This document shows, one piece after another, positions 24,655 through 35,976 of a DNA stretch of 47,375 nucleotides. The stretch is taken from NCBI RefSeq assembly GCF_001194135.2, contig NC_068992.1:12975530-13022904 (forward strand). Direction: 5' to 3'. Within the stretch, counting starts at the first letter, position 1. Every line of letters begins with the position of its first letter. The stretch is from Octopus bimaculoides. Taxonomy: Eukaryota. Position numbers and translations under genes: made by a program. A model generated the notes under the pieces. The model was not told where the DNA came from. It saw only the letters and a list, made by a program, of their open reading frames with translations, and made no database searches.

Positions 24655-24824
24655 GTATGATCCTTGACAAGTTGAAGAAAACAAATTCAACAAATAAGAA
24701 AATATGCAACCAATCAATGAAGAGATGCAAATTCAAACCTCAAGACATCTCAAGCGCATTATATTTTTTTTTATATAACAGCATCTTGAACGAGGTAGAC
24801 TTAGCAAAAATGAAGATCCAAGTG
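24655..24824 (+). other. Candidate coding exon of unknown gene
   Basis: Acceptor TTATTGCCCTGCAG, open frame (G)MILDKLKKTNSTNKKICNQSMKRCKFKPQDISSALYFFLYNSILNEVDLAKMKIQV, and donor GTG|GTAAGT. An alternative acceptor at 24781 gives a 43-nt exon. No recognisable homology. Confidence 0.25.
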
Positions 24825-24929
24825 GTAAGTCACAGCACAAAATAACTAGCTACTACGAAAGTAGGTATACTATTAATGAAAATCACATTTAGTTATTTTT
24901 ATAGAGAAACATTGTTTTACACACAAATA

Positions 24930-25360
24930 TCTATATAATAGTCTGCTCGTTCGTTCGCCCGTTGTACATTAGTTAGTTAGAGAGGTGGAGGAGGAGGTAG
25001 AGTGAGTGAAAGAGAAGAGAGTGAAGAAAGAAGAGAAGAAGAAATAAAGAAAATTATTAATATTAATATAGTAAGGACAAATGGTATCGTGGTCAGTTGA
25101 GAGTAGAAGCGAACGACTTGAAAATAAGACGACGGGAGAAAAAGAGGGACAGAGAAGTGTTAACGATGTGCATTGGAGTGGGGTAAGGAACGCTTATTAC
25201 GCGGTTAAAAAGTTAGCAGAAGGGAAAGATAGGTAGGGAGAGATGGACAGGAGAGGCAGTTGCATTAGGAAAGAGAGAGACTGACAGACAGACAGACAGA
25301 GCGGACAGACAAAAAGCACACCTACAGCAGGAAAATATGGTGTCCTTTGGACCCAGCTGG
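24930..25360 (+). mobile_element. Possible non-autonomous Helitron-like element
   Basis: A|TCTATATAATA 5' end, CTGG|T 3' end, small subterminal hairpin GGTGTCC-TTT-GGACCC, and internal (GACA)n. Confidence 0.3.
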
Positions 25361-26117
25361 TAAGTAGTGACATACATTTTCCAACGTTTAAGTAAATTTC
25401 AATAGCGTCAATCTCACCGCCATCAATGTCCCTACCGTGATCTCGGAGTTTGTTTTACCTCCAAATCTAACGACTTGAAAATATAAATATACAACAGCAC
25501 CGTCGATAGGAACGAAGATAATATATGCATTCTTGCTTTATAACCACTTCATGTTGCTCATATTTTACAGATTGGAGATTTATGTATAGCTATAAGAGAA
25601 ATATTTCATGTGAAATATTCAAATATTTAAATAATTTCACCAACGAAAGATTAAATAAATATACATATATATATAAACAAAACAACAGAATAAAAAAATG
25701 TGATATAGAACAAATTAAAACAACAAGAAACAAAGAAGAAAATATAAATTAATTATTCGGCTAAATATTTAGTGAAACTTTACAAACTTATTTTTACACA
25801 GACAGAACCAATAAAAGGAAAAAAATTAAAATTTAAAACACAATTTTGAAATAAATTGAAAGAATCATTTTTAAAGAAATGTTATTAATGAAAATTGAAG
25901 TGAAGTATCTTGGGGCTAATGAATACTTAAAAGAGAAAAAAAGGGGGTTCTCGGTTTTGATATTCTGATGCATCTATCCTTAATAATCATATCTCAGCCA
26001 AAACATGTAGACAGAAAGAAGAATGAAGTAAATGTTAATAAACACACGCTAAACACCATTAGCAGTTCTGTAATTATGATGATAATGCAAAAAGTATTAA
26101 TAATAAAAGATGTTTTT

Positions 26118-26149
26118 CTTGTTGTTGCTGTTGTTATTATTATTATTGT

Positions 26150-26220
<71 letters not shown>

Positions 26221-26258
26221 TTATTATTTTTATTATTATTATTAGTATTATTATTATT
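26118..26258. repeat. Compound trinucleotide repeat (GTT)-(ATT)-(ACT)n-(ATT)
   Basis: Direct reading of the sequence. Confidence 0.95.
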
Positions 26259-28901
26259 AGGCAAATTGATTAATGTTGACCAATTTCTCTTTATTTAATT
26301 TCTTGCCTCAAATTATGTTTTGGCATTTTAAGTGATTCAGTAGATATTTTTCGTTTTATTTTTGCTCTTCTTCTTTTGCATTTGCGAGCGTATTTGTGTG
26401 CATCTCTGCGTAGGTGCGTACATATATGCGTGTATGCGTATGTGTGTGAGTGTGCCTGTGCGTGTTTGATTACCAAACTTTAAGTGCGCTCCAATTCACC
26501 AGACCTATTCGTAAACTCTATTCTCTGGTGTTTCTGAAGGTTAAAGCAAACTTCATATTATCAACATTAGCATCATTTATACTTTAACAATTATAACGTG
26601 ATTGAAAATTCCAACCAGTTCCATATATTTAGATACAGTCTTCAGTATTATATTATTTCCTTTACTAATTAATATTCCAACTAACTTGTCATCGAAAATA
26701 TATTTTGTAATTCGATTTGGATATTTTGTTTATAGTAACGACTTTTAATTGTTGTTTGCTGAATATGCGTCCCTAACAATTCCTCGAAGAATAAGTCACC
26801 AATTAGAAAAACCCTACTTGGAAAAAATTGAAATGTTCTCAATGCATTGGAAAAATGAAAGAAGTAAAAGCTTGTAAACTTCATACGCAATCACCCTATA
26901 ATTTCATCTATTTGGCAGTTTTAGCTCCTAATACTGAAATTGTTTTAATATGTTAACTGAAGACAACAAATTAAGATAATCATCAAAGTGCAAGGTAGAA
27001 GGCATCGAAATACTTGTTGCAACTCTCTGTACATCGAGTTCAACTTTGCTGTTCATTCTTTCAAGACCGCAAGGAAAGGTTCCATTTCAGTGTTCTTTTT
27101 GTTTTGAATTCAAATGATGCCACAACCTACTTCAGACCTCGACATAACATATGACTCATTTTAACACATCCATCTGATACCTTCGATGCATTTAGCACAG
27201 CCCACTCTGATGCAAACATTTGAACGAGGTCACTGATTTAAGGATATCTTCGTTTCACTATCCAAGTAGAGTCTGTGGATGTATACAACTGTTATAAGCA
27301 CTGCTCTTCCTCATTACTATAATGTAAGGACAACTCTGATTAAATAGTAGTCGTACCATCAGGAAAAAAAGTATACAATAATGTAATTTCATTTGAAAAT
27401 CTCTTTGCTTTATCAGCTGGTAACACGATATTATATTGATGCAAATATATGCGTATGTAGCTTTCTTAGATGTTAGACTTCGTCAAAAAACTTCACGCTA
27501 TTACATATAAATCGGAAGGCAGTATGATAGTTATTTGACAGCAAATTTTAGAGTAATTCAACTTGATTAAAAGTGGTGTACCGTAAGGTGGGAAAAATTC
27601 TTGATTTGTTAAATGTATTCACACAGATTTAGATGTACTGTGAATTGACAGGAAATCTATATGACCATTTACTTGAGTCGATTTAATGAAACTGCATACG
27701 CAAGACATAATAAGATTCTCCAGAGAGTCCTCGGTCTAATATGAATTGTCAGTATTCTGTCATTTGGTGTGAATGCAGTTTTATTCATGTGTGAAGGATG
27801 TCAGTAGCTTCTGAAAGAAAATCTGTTTTTACACTGAACGACATTCTTGTATTTCTTTTTATGTTTTGTGTTATTTTTTTGTTTTCATTCAAGTAAGTAT
27901 ATTATGTTTGGTAAAATGTTGGCTGTTAAACAGACTATCATCAACGTATATCAATGAAATTTATCCTAATGACCACTGAAGACCTTTAATAAAAAGCCTG
28001 CTGTCTGTCACCGCATCGACTATATTTAGGTTACTTTATCTTGTGTTTACTGGTAATGTGTTTTTTGTATATGAGGGGTTCTGTTGTTCAATGCGACCTT
28101 CCATTTCAAGGCTGTAAAATTTCAGAACAGGATTTAAGCGCTCTATCTACTATTTAGAACTACACTCATTGGCTTCTAGCTTAGATAACGTGTAGATGGC
28201 CTCCTATGTTTTACTGCCAAGCTCCATGGCAGATCTGATGATCCAGGCCTAGAACAGAATTCTTGCCTGCCCATTTCTTCGTTATAACAACGATGTTATC
28301 CAATGCGCCTTCTTCTAAAGACTGTAGACTGAGTGAGTGTGAGTTCACGCGCGCGCATTTGTGTGTGCTGGTATGTGTGCGACACTTTGATCAAGTCCCG
28401 TCCTTGCGAAAGAAAACGGAGATTGGGTGAATGGGAAAACGATCAATACAGAAAAATATCGGCATCTGCTCAATGATTAAAATATCCCTCTCTGTCTCTG
28501 TCTCTCTGTCTCTCTCTCTATATGTATGTATATATGTATGTATGTATGCCTCTATATATCTCTCTCTCCCTCTTTCTATCTATTTATCTCTTTTTATGAC
28601 GATTCGGCATAAGCTAATGTTAATCACATCTATATCTTAACTACTTGGAGTCCTGAATCGATCCACAAACCAAGTAAATATATACGTAGACACACACAGA
28701 CACATACACACACAAACATAAATGTGCATTAATGTACGCATGTATGTATGCATGTATATATATATATATATATATATNNNNNNNNNNNNNNNNNNNNNNN
28801 NNNNNNNNNNNNNNNNNNNNNNNNNNNNNNNNNNNNNNNNNNNNNNNNNNNNNNNNNNNNNNNNNNNNNNNNNNNNNNAGAGAGAGAGAGAGAGAGAGAG
28901 A

Positions 28902-29237
28902 GGTCTCCTGAGTTACTTCCAAAACATATGGTTCCTAGTGCAGGTCCACTTCATAGCAACTTGTTGTGAGTGATTTCTACTATAGCCTGGAGTCGACTAA
29001 AGATTTATCAGTGAATTTATTAGATGGAGATTGAAAGATCACCTTCCGTACATATGTATATATCTATGTGTGTCTTTATGCCTGTGCATGAATTTATTTT
29101 TGTGCCTGTCCCCACCATCGTTTAATAAATCTGTGCTTTTTTTTCTTTTCGTCCGTCTAACGTAGTGGTTCATTAAATAGAAGGTTGACAGAATAAATAA
29201 TCAAATTTAGAAAATATGTACTAGGTTCGGTTTTATT
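28902..29237 (+). mobile_element. Decayed SINE family D, 5' and central part
   Basis: Degenerate head and CORE-like segment (TTTCTACTATAGCC), internal TA/TG low-complexity stretch, then TGTCCCCACCATCG. Recognised from a remembered octopus SINE layout and heavily mutated. Confidence 0.5.
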
Positions 29238-29403
29238 AACATTATTTACAATTGACGGATATTTGTCCTCCTCTGGTTTGTTGTTAACACAACGTTTCGG
29301 CTGATAGACCCTCAAACCTTCATCAACTGTATTGGGGATATTTCGAACCTGGGTTCTCGTTCCTAAGGTATTTTTCGATGTTGGTGTTGTTGTTGTTGTT
29401 GTA

Positions 29404-29494
<91 letters not shown>

Positions 29495-29569
29495 TCACTG
29501 CCTGGAATCGAACTCGGAATCTTGAGGTTAGTTGCCCGCGCTCTTAACCACTATGCCATATCACCGTGG
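29238..29569 (-). mobile_element. Family C element: tRNA-like head, (AAT)n, and hammerhead-like Penelope-type tail
   Basis: Minus-strand A box TGGCATAGTGG (29548-29558), B box GAGTTCGATTCC (29504-29515), about 29 AAT units, then TTGATGA A GGTTTG...CAGCC GAAAC GTT GTGTT (about 29286-29330). Confidence 0.75.
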
Positions 29570-29645
29570 TTCTATTTGTTTCTCCAAACCCTTCAATGCG
29601 GTGCCCCAACATGGCCACATCAAATGACCGAAATAAGTAAAATTG
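29570..29645 (+). mobile_element. SINE family D 3' tail, separated from its body by the family C insertion
   Basis: AAACCCTTCAATGCGGTGCCCCAACATGGCCACATCAAATGACCGAAATAAGTAAAA. A related tail fragment lies on the minus strand near 37313-37347. Confidence 0.5.
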
Positions 29646-30149
29646 AAAAAGGTAATTTCCTTGGTTTAATTCTAAAACCTTAACATTCGATTTTTCGTTA
29701 CAATTATTGATTTAACTTTCTATACTATATGACAGTTCTTCTTCCTTGGTTTTTCTAAGTGCATGTATTTCATTTTAAACCCTTAGTTCTGTGGATATGT
29801 GCATTAGTTCTTAAAGGAATTATTTTCGGGTTCTTTTTAATGCAGTTTTCGTGAAATCATATTTTATCTTTTTCTAGACTCAAATAGTAGCATTAAATTT
29901 CTACTTCTTTAACAACTCTTTGAATTATTTCATTATTTTCCTTCTGGGCAGTAATTTCATGTTGCCCAAGGTATTTTTGGACGTCTTGTATTCTTTTTTT
30001 TTTTTTAACATTATTTGAAAGAAGATGCTTTAGATGTTTAGAAATTTACAACTATGAAGTTTTTCTAAAATTCTTACGCATAGGAGAAATTTTCCCTCAT
30101 ATACCTGTAAATTTCATGAATATTTTACTTTTCCACCAAAAACTAACCA

Positions 30150-30151
30150 TA

Positions 30152-30219
<68 letters not shown>

Positions 30220-30222
30220 TAC

Positions 30223-30257
<35 letters not shown>

Positions 30258-30285
30258 TTAATAATAATGATGATAATAATAATAG
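30150..30285. repeat. (AAT)n microsatellite
   Basis: Direct reading of the sequence. Confidence 0.95.
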
Positions 30286-30407
30286 TCTGAGGATGATTGC
30301 TGTCACCCAGTAGGAGGGTTCTTGGCATCTAAAGTTACTTGTGTAGACAGATGTTAGGATTCTTGTCTCAATTGTTGAGTGTATGTGAATAACGATAGTA
30401 AAAATAA

Positions 30408-30569
30408 TAATCCTTTCCAATATAGGCACAAGAACTGAAATTATTTTTGGCGGGGTGTAGTTGATTATATCGATCCCAGTGTTTCAGAAGAAGAAGAAGA
30501 AGAAGAAGAAGAAGAAGAAGAAGAAGAAGAAGAAGAAGAAGAAGAAGAAGAAGAAGAAGAAGAAGAAGA
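30408..30569 (-). mobile_element. SINE family B 3' tail fragment (30408-30485) abutting (AGA)n (30486-30569)
   Basis: Reverse complement reads CACTGGGATCGATATAATCAACT...TTGTGCCTATATTGGAAAGGATTA, matching the tail of the 19821 copy. Confidence 0.65.
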
Positions 30570-32694
30570 NNNNNNNNNNNNNNNNNNNNNNNNNNNNNNN
30601 NNNNNNNNNNNNNNNNNNNNNNNNNNNNNNNNNNNNNNNNNNNNNNNNNNNNNNNNNNNNNNNNNNNNNNNNNNNNNNNNNNNNNNNNNNNNNNNNNNNN
30701 NNNNNNNNNNNNNNNNNNNNNNNNNNNNNNNNNNNNNNNNNNNNNNNNNNNNNNNNNNNNNNNNNNNNNNNNNNNNNNNNNNNNNNNNNNNNNNNNNNNN
30801 NNNNNNNNNNNNNNNNNNNNNNNNNNNNNNNNNNNNNNNNNNNNNNNNNNNNNNNNNNNNNNNNNNNNNNNNNNNNNNNNNNNNNNNNNNNNNNNNNNNN
30901 NNNNNNNNNNNNNNNNNNNNNNNNNNNNNNNNNNNNNNNNNNNNNNNNNNNNNNNNNNNNNNNNNNNNNNNNNNNNNNNNNNNNNNNNNNNNNNNNNNNN
31001 NNNNNNNNNNNNNNNNNNNNNNNNNNNNNNNNNNNNNNNNNNNNNNNNNNNNNNNNNNNNNNNNNNNNNNNNNNNNNNNNNNNNNNNNNNNNNNNNNNNN
31101 NNNNNNNNNNNNNNNNNNNNNNNNNNNNNNNNNNNNNNNNNNNNNNNNNNNNNNNNNNNNNNNNNNNNNNNNNNNNNNNNNNNNNNNNNNNNNNNNNNNN
31201 NNNNNNNNNNNNNNNNNNNNNNNNNNNNNNNNNNNNNNNNNNNNNNNNNNNNNNNNNNNNNNNNNNNNNNNNNNNNNNNNNNNNNNNNNNNNTATATATA
31301 TATATATATATATATGTAAGTGTATATATGCATGAACACTCTCACTCATTTACATATATTAAAGTATGTATAGATGTATGTTTGTGTGTACGTACGTGTG
31401 TTATATCTCTGAGATACAGATCTACATTGATATTAAAGTTGGTTATCTGGTGCAATAAACATTAACATTAATAGCTCTAAATACGTGGGGACAAGTTCAG
31501 TTGACCCATATCTTTAATCTCTGAAGTAATTAAATCTTCTCTTAAGTGACCATCAAGTTGATAATAAAACTCATTGTATATCGTAAGCAAAACCGATTTG
31601 CTTTCCCTGTAAAGTAAGCATTGTTCACTGTTTACCACAGCAATAACACTATCTGTGAGGCAGTTATTTCAACAGCAATAAGTTATTGGTGTTCCGCAGA
31701 AATTTGACTGACATAAAACTGTCAGTCATGTTTCCTACTTCATCCGTATCCAAGGACTATTTTATTGTCTATTAATAAATGCAATTCTCGTTTCCTGTTA
31801 CGCTTAGATTTGTAAATCTTATTTTAAATTGAACTGAGAAATTTCTAATATTCCGCTACTAGTACAAAGCGTTTGATCGAAAATACAAAGTGTGCTAAGA
31901 AACAATCTATTGAATTTCTTTATACTATGCTCTATAAATACACCAGGGCTTGCAATGCACTCTCAAATAAAACGGCATGATCGCATTAGTTTAGTGTTGT
32001 ATGATAAATGAATGTTGATACGACCATGTGGAACTACAAATATACGCAGAGGAAACGAAATAGTGTTTTGCAGCGTTTTGCTTCAATCTGGATGAATTTG
32101 CTTGAAAGTTATATCTAGTGGTAGTACATTTGGAGATTAATAGATCATATCTTAGAATTTGTGATTAGGTTTTCCTCATGTACTGTGAAGAGTATGCATT
32201 ATCTGCTGTGAAGGATACTCCTACGAGGATCATACCGCAAGTCATGCAAATGAGTATGTTTTTTTTTAACTTACATAGATCGTTGAGATGACATATATTT
32301 GTAGAGTAACTCATCTCCATGGAAAGGCATGATTCAAAATTTTCCATCAAAGATGATGGATTTTCGGCATCGTCCAACCCAACTGCCGAACTCTCTTTGA
32401 AGAAGCACCACTCTTGTACCCAGTTTTTCAAAACCGTTTTCCGTTTCCCTGTGTCACCAAATTATTGTTTTTGCAAAGTTCAATTGATCGAGCCCATACG
32501 GCACCAAAGCAGATATGTCTTGTTTATTTGTTGTCAAAGATGTAAGTTGTCGCACACTTTCGTAGTGAATGCAGGTAGATTCTGATACCTGTTGGAACGT
32601 TTCAGTACTTTTGTGTGTTCTATTGCACCACACACTGTTCACAGTACACACATGTCGGTTCTAGAAGCTCAAATAAGATGCTTCTTTTATTCTA

Positions 32695-33697
32695 AAACAC
32701 GTGTGAGAGGTATTTTGTGTGTGTGTGGTAGCGTGTGTATGTACGGTAGTATGTGTTGGTGGCAGTGACTGCGTGTGTATGTGCCTGGATGGTAGCGTGT
32801 GTTTATGTGGTGGTAACTGTGTGTGCGTATTAGCGTGTGTGCGTATAGTGGTAACTGTGTGTGCGCGTGTCTGATGTGTTTGTATGTGATAATAACTGTG
32901 TTTGAGTTTGCGTGTGTATATGTGTGTGTGTGTGTGTNNNNNNNNNNNNNNNNNNNNNNNNNNNNNNNNNNNNNNNNNNNNNNNNNNNNNNNNNNNNNNN
33001 NNNNNNNNNNNNNNNNNNNNNNNNNNNNNNNNNNNNNNNNNNNNNNNNNNNNNNNNNNNNNNNNNNNNNNNNNNNNNNNNNNNNNNNNNNNNNNNNNNNN
33101 NNNNNNNGTGCGTATGTGTGTGTGTATGTGTGTGTGTATATGTGTGTGTGTATGTGTGTGTGTGTGTATTCGGAAGTGTGCGTAAATGGTGAGGCAGAGG
33201 CAGAGGGTGTAAAAGTGGGTGTTTGTGAGTGTGTCTGCGTGTGTGTATGTGTAAGCATGTGTGCCTAGACGGATCGGGAATGGTTATATGTATGTGTGTG
33301 TGTGTGCACATGTGTATCTGTCCGTCTTTCCCTCACCCTCTCTTTCGCTGTGTATATGTATGTGTCCGTTTGTTTGTGTGGGGATGTGTGTGGCTTGTGT
33401 GTGTGTGTGTGTCTATGTGCGTGTGAGTGTTTCATGTAATGTGTGGAGGGATTGTGTGTGGTGATGTACTTCTGCATTCGTGTGTGTGTATGTGCGTGTG
33501 CCTGTTGATGTGCGTGTGCGTTTGTTTCCGTTTGTGTGTGCGAGTGCACATGCATGTATGTGTGTTTGCCTGTGCACGTGTGTATGGATGCGAGTGTGTG
33601 TGTCCTCTGTCACACATTCTAACTCTTTTGATGTATATATGTGTGTGTGTGTCCGTCTATATATATGTATATATATATGAATATATATATATATATA
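32695..33697. repeat. Long degenerate GT/TG-rich low-complexity tract spanning a gap
   Basis: About 1 kb of imperfect (TG)n/(TATG)n. It generates the HT- and VC-rich ORFs in the track. Confidence 0.9.
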
Positions 33698-35494
33698 NNN
33701 NNNNNNNNNNNNNNNNNNNNNNNNNNNNNNNNNNNNNNNNNNNNNNNNNNNNNNNNNNNNNNNNNNNNNNNNNNNNNNNNNNNNNNNNNNNNNNNNNNNN
33801 NNNNNNNNNNNNNNNNNNNNNNNNNNNNNNNNNNNNNNNNNNNNNNNNNNNNNNNNNNNNNNNNNNNNNNNNNNNNNNNNNNNNNNNNNNNNNNNNNNNN
33901 NNNNNNNNNNNNNNNNNNNNNNNNNNNNNNNNNNNNNNNNNNNNNNNNNNNNNNNNNNNNNNNNNNNNNNNNNNNNNNNNNNNNNNNNNNNNNNNNNNNN
34001 NNNNNNNNNNNNNNNNNNNNNNNNNNNNNNNNNNNNNNNNNNNNNNNNNNNNNNNNNATCCTAATTATCAATACTCCGAAAACATCGTCTACAAAATTTT
34101 ATTTAAATTGAAATCACTAAAGAAGTTTTTATTTTTTAAGCAATTAAATAATGATTCTAAAATAAAATATATTTAAGATCAAAGACAAGCTATCCATCTA
34201 AGTTTCATTCAATTAGATTCTAAATATATCGTTAACGTTTATTTGGGATTTGTTTTTCGTACAAATATGACAAATATGAAGCAGTCAGAATGAATCTCAA
34301 ACATGACATTTGTTTGTTTGTTATCTCTGTTTTCTGATTCCGATATTTCTAATGTGGTGTTCGGGAGAAGGAAATTGTTACAGTGCGTGTCTGTTATGTA
34401 AATAGTTCTTTGTGTGCTTAATCATCTTAATTCTTTTATCTCCGTGAAAGGGAAATGAAGTTAGCGAAACATTATCGAACGAAAATCGTTCCTTTGAGAC
34501 AGCTGCTGACTGTCGCTTGCAATAAACCATTGGTCGTATTCTGTCAGAAAGGAAATTGGTTTTATATTACGAATACGAACTGCAATTAGGGATATTTGGA
34601 CGGAATCAACAGGGCTTATTTTCTTGTAATCTATGGCTAAAGCATCCAAAGTTACCGTCTTCGCTGAGAAAGCTGCGCTAATAATAATCTAACTGAAATG
34701 CACTTCAATCATGTGAGTAGGTGTAATATTTATTTCTCATCACAGTAAAATTTACTTTGCAAGTTATTGTTATTGTAGTGAATCAGCTTCGACGAGCATC
34801 AAATATATGCCGCACATCATCTAAGAGACGTGGGATGTTAATACCCTATTTGATAGTTTATCGTATTTAAATTTTAGAAAATGTCTTGAAAATATTTCAA
34901 GTTAATCAATGACTTCAAATACACATGGTAAATATAAATGAGCACAAAATATATGATTAATCATAGATTATTACATATTGGATAGTGTTTTCACTGTTAG
35001 CCAATACATATTTATGCGTATGTGTATGTGTGTGTGTGCGTGTGTTAGTGTGTGTCTGTGTGTTTATGCATGCATGTACAGCTGCATGCGAGCAGACATG
35101 CTACAGAGATGTATGTTTGTATATATTTACATATGTAAGTGCTTATGCACGTAAGGAAGGAGATACGGATAGCATTATATTTGAGAGTCCTATCACGTGC
35201 TGAACTTCATGAACGTTTTTCATATAACTTTAGAGCTTGGAACTCTAACCTTCAGTTAAGATATTTTCTTCTTTTGTTATTCCCAGGTTCTTATAGTTAG
35301 TAATGAAATAGCTATGCACATTGATGAGTGCCTCGATAATTATTTGTTGAAAAATAACTTTACATACAGACTTCCCATCATTTCAGTGTTGATATTCTTT
35401 ATTTCAGTAGCTTTTAATATTTTCATGCAATGTAGCCACACCTGATATTAACTACCGTGCAAGATTCCCTTTCCTCTTCAATAACATTGTATAC

Positions 35495-35794
35495 TCAGTA
35501 ATGCGTGCATTTTATTGAAAACTTGGCCACGACATTCCACAAGTATTGTTTCGAAGTATATGCAGTTATTGCCTCCGCATTGCTGTCATTTCTTATGTCT
35601 CTCTCCTGATGATTGTCCACTCCGTAGATTTCATTACATAATGTTCTAGCCCTATCATTATATCTCGCGGGTACGTTATTCCGTAAGGACATTTTCCTCA
35701 ATGCTGATCCTACAAATCGTTCAACGGTTGTCGGACCTAAATGGTTTAGCAGCCTCCTTATCAATTTTGTATGAGGTTGGTTTTTCCTGCTCAT
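35495..35794 (-). other. Unassigned 99-codon ORF in non-repetitive sequence
   Basis: MSRKNQPHTKLIRRLLNHLGPTTVERFVG... is complex and hydrophilic, with locally raised GC. No recognisable family and no clear splice sites. Confidence 0.2.
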
Positions 35795-35842
35795 GTATTG
35801 TAAAAAAACATTATTTAGTGTAAGAAATAATATCCCTGCTGC

Positions 35843-35976
35843 TCATTTTATCGGCCCTGAAAGGATGAAATGCAAAGTTAACCTCAGCGGAATTTGAACT
35901 GAGGAAGTGAAAACAGAAGAAATTGCGTTAAGCGTTTTGTCCGGCGTGCTAACGATTTTCCCAGCTCACCTCGCCT
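35843..35976 (-). mobile_element. SINE family B, 3'-truncated
   Basis: Reverse complement reads GGCGAGGTGAGCTGGGAAAATCGTTAGCACGCCGG...AGTTCAAATTCCGCTGAGGTTAACTTTGCATTTCATCCTTTCAGGGCCGATAAAATGAG. Confidence 0.8.

Noticed and set aside
28130-28330. Possible RTE LINE C-terminal remnant on the minus strand (RRRIG*HRC...RRPSTRY)
   Set aside because: Similarity is too weak to support without an alignment.
34461-34690. Minus-strand open frame ...TLDALAIDYKKISPVDSVQISLIAVRIRNIKP... as a cadherin repeat
   Set aside because: It lacks the DxNDN and A.D.G calcium-binding motifs, so the resemblance is superficial.
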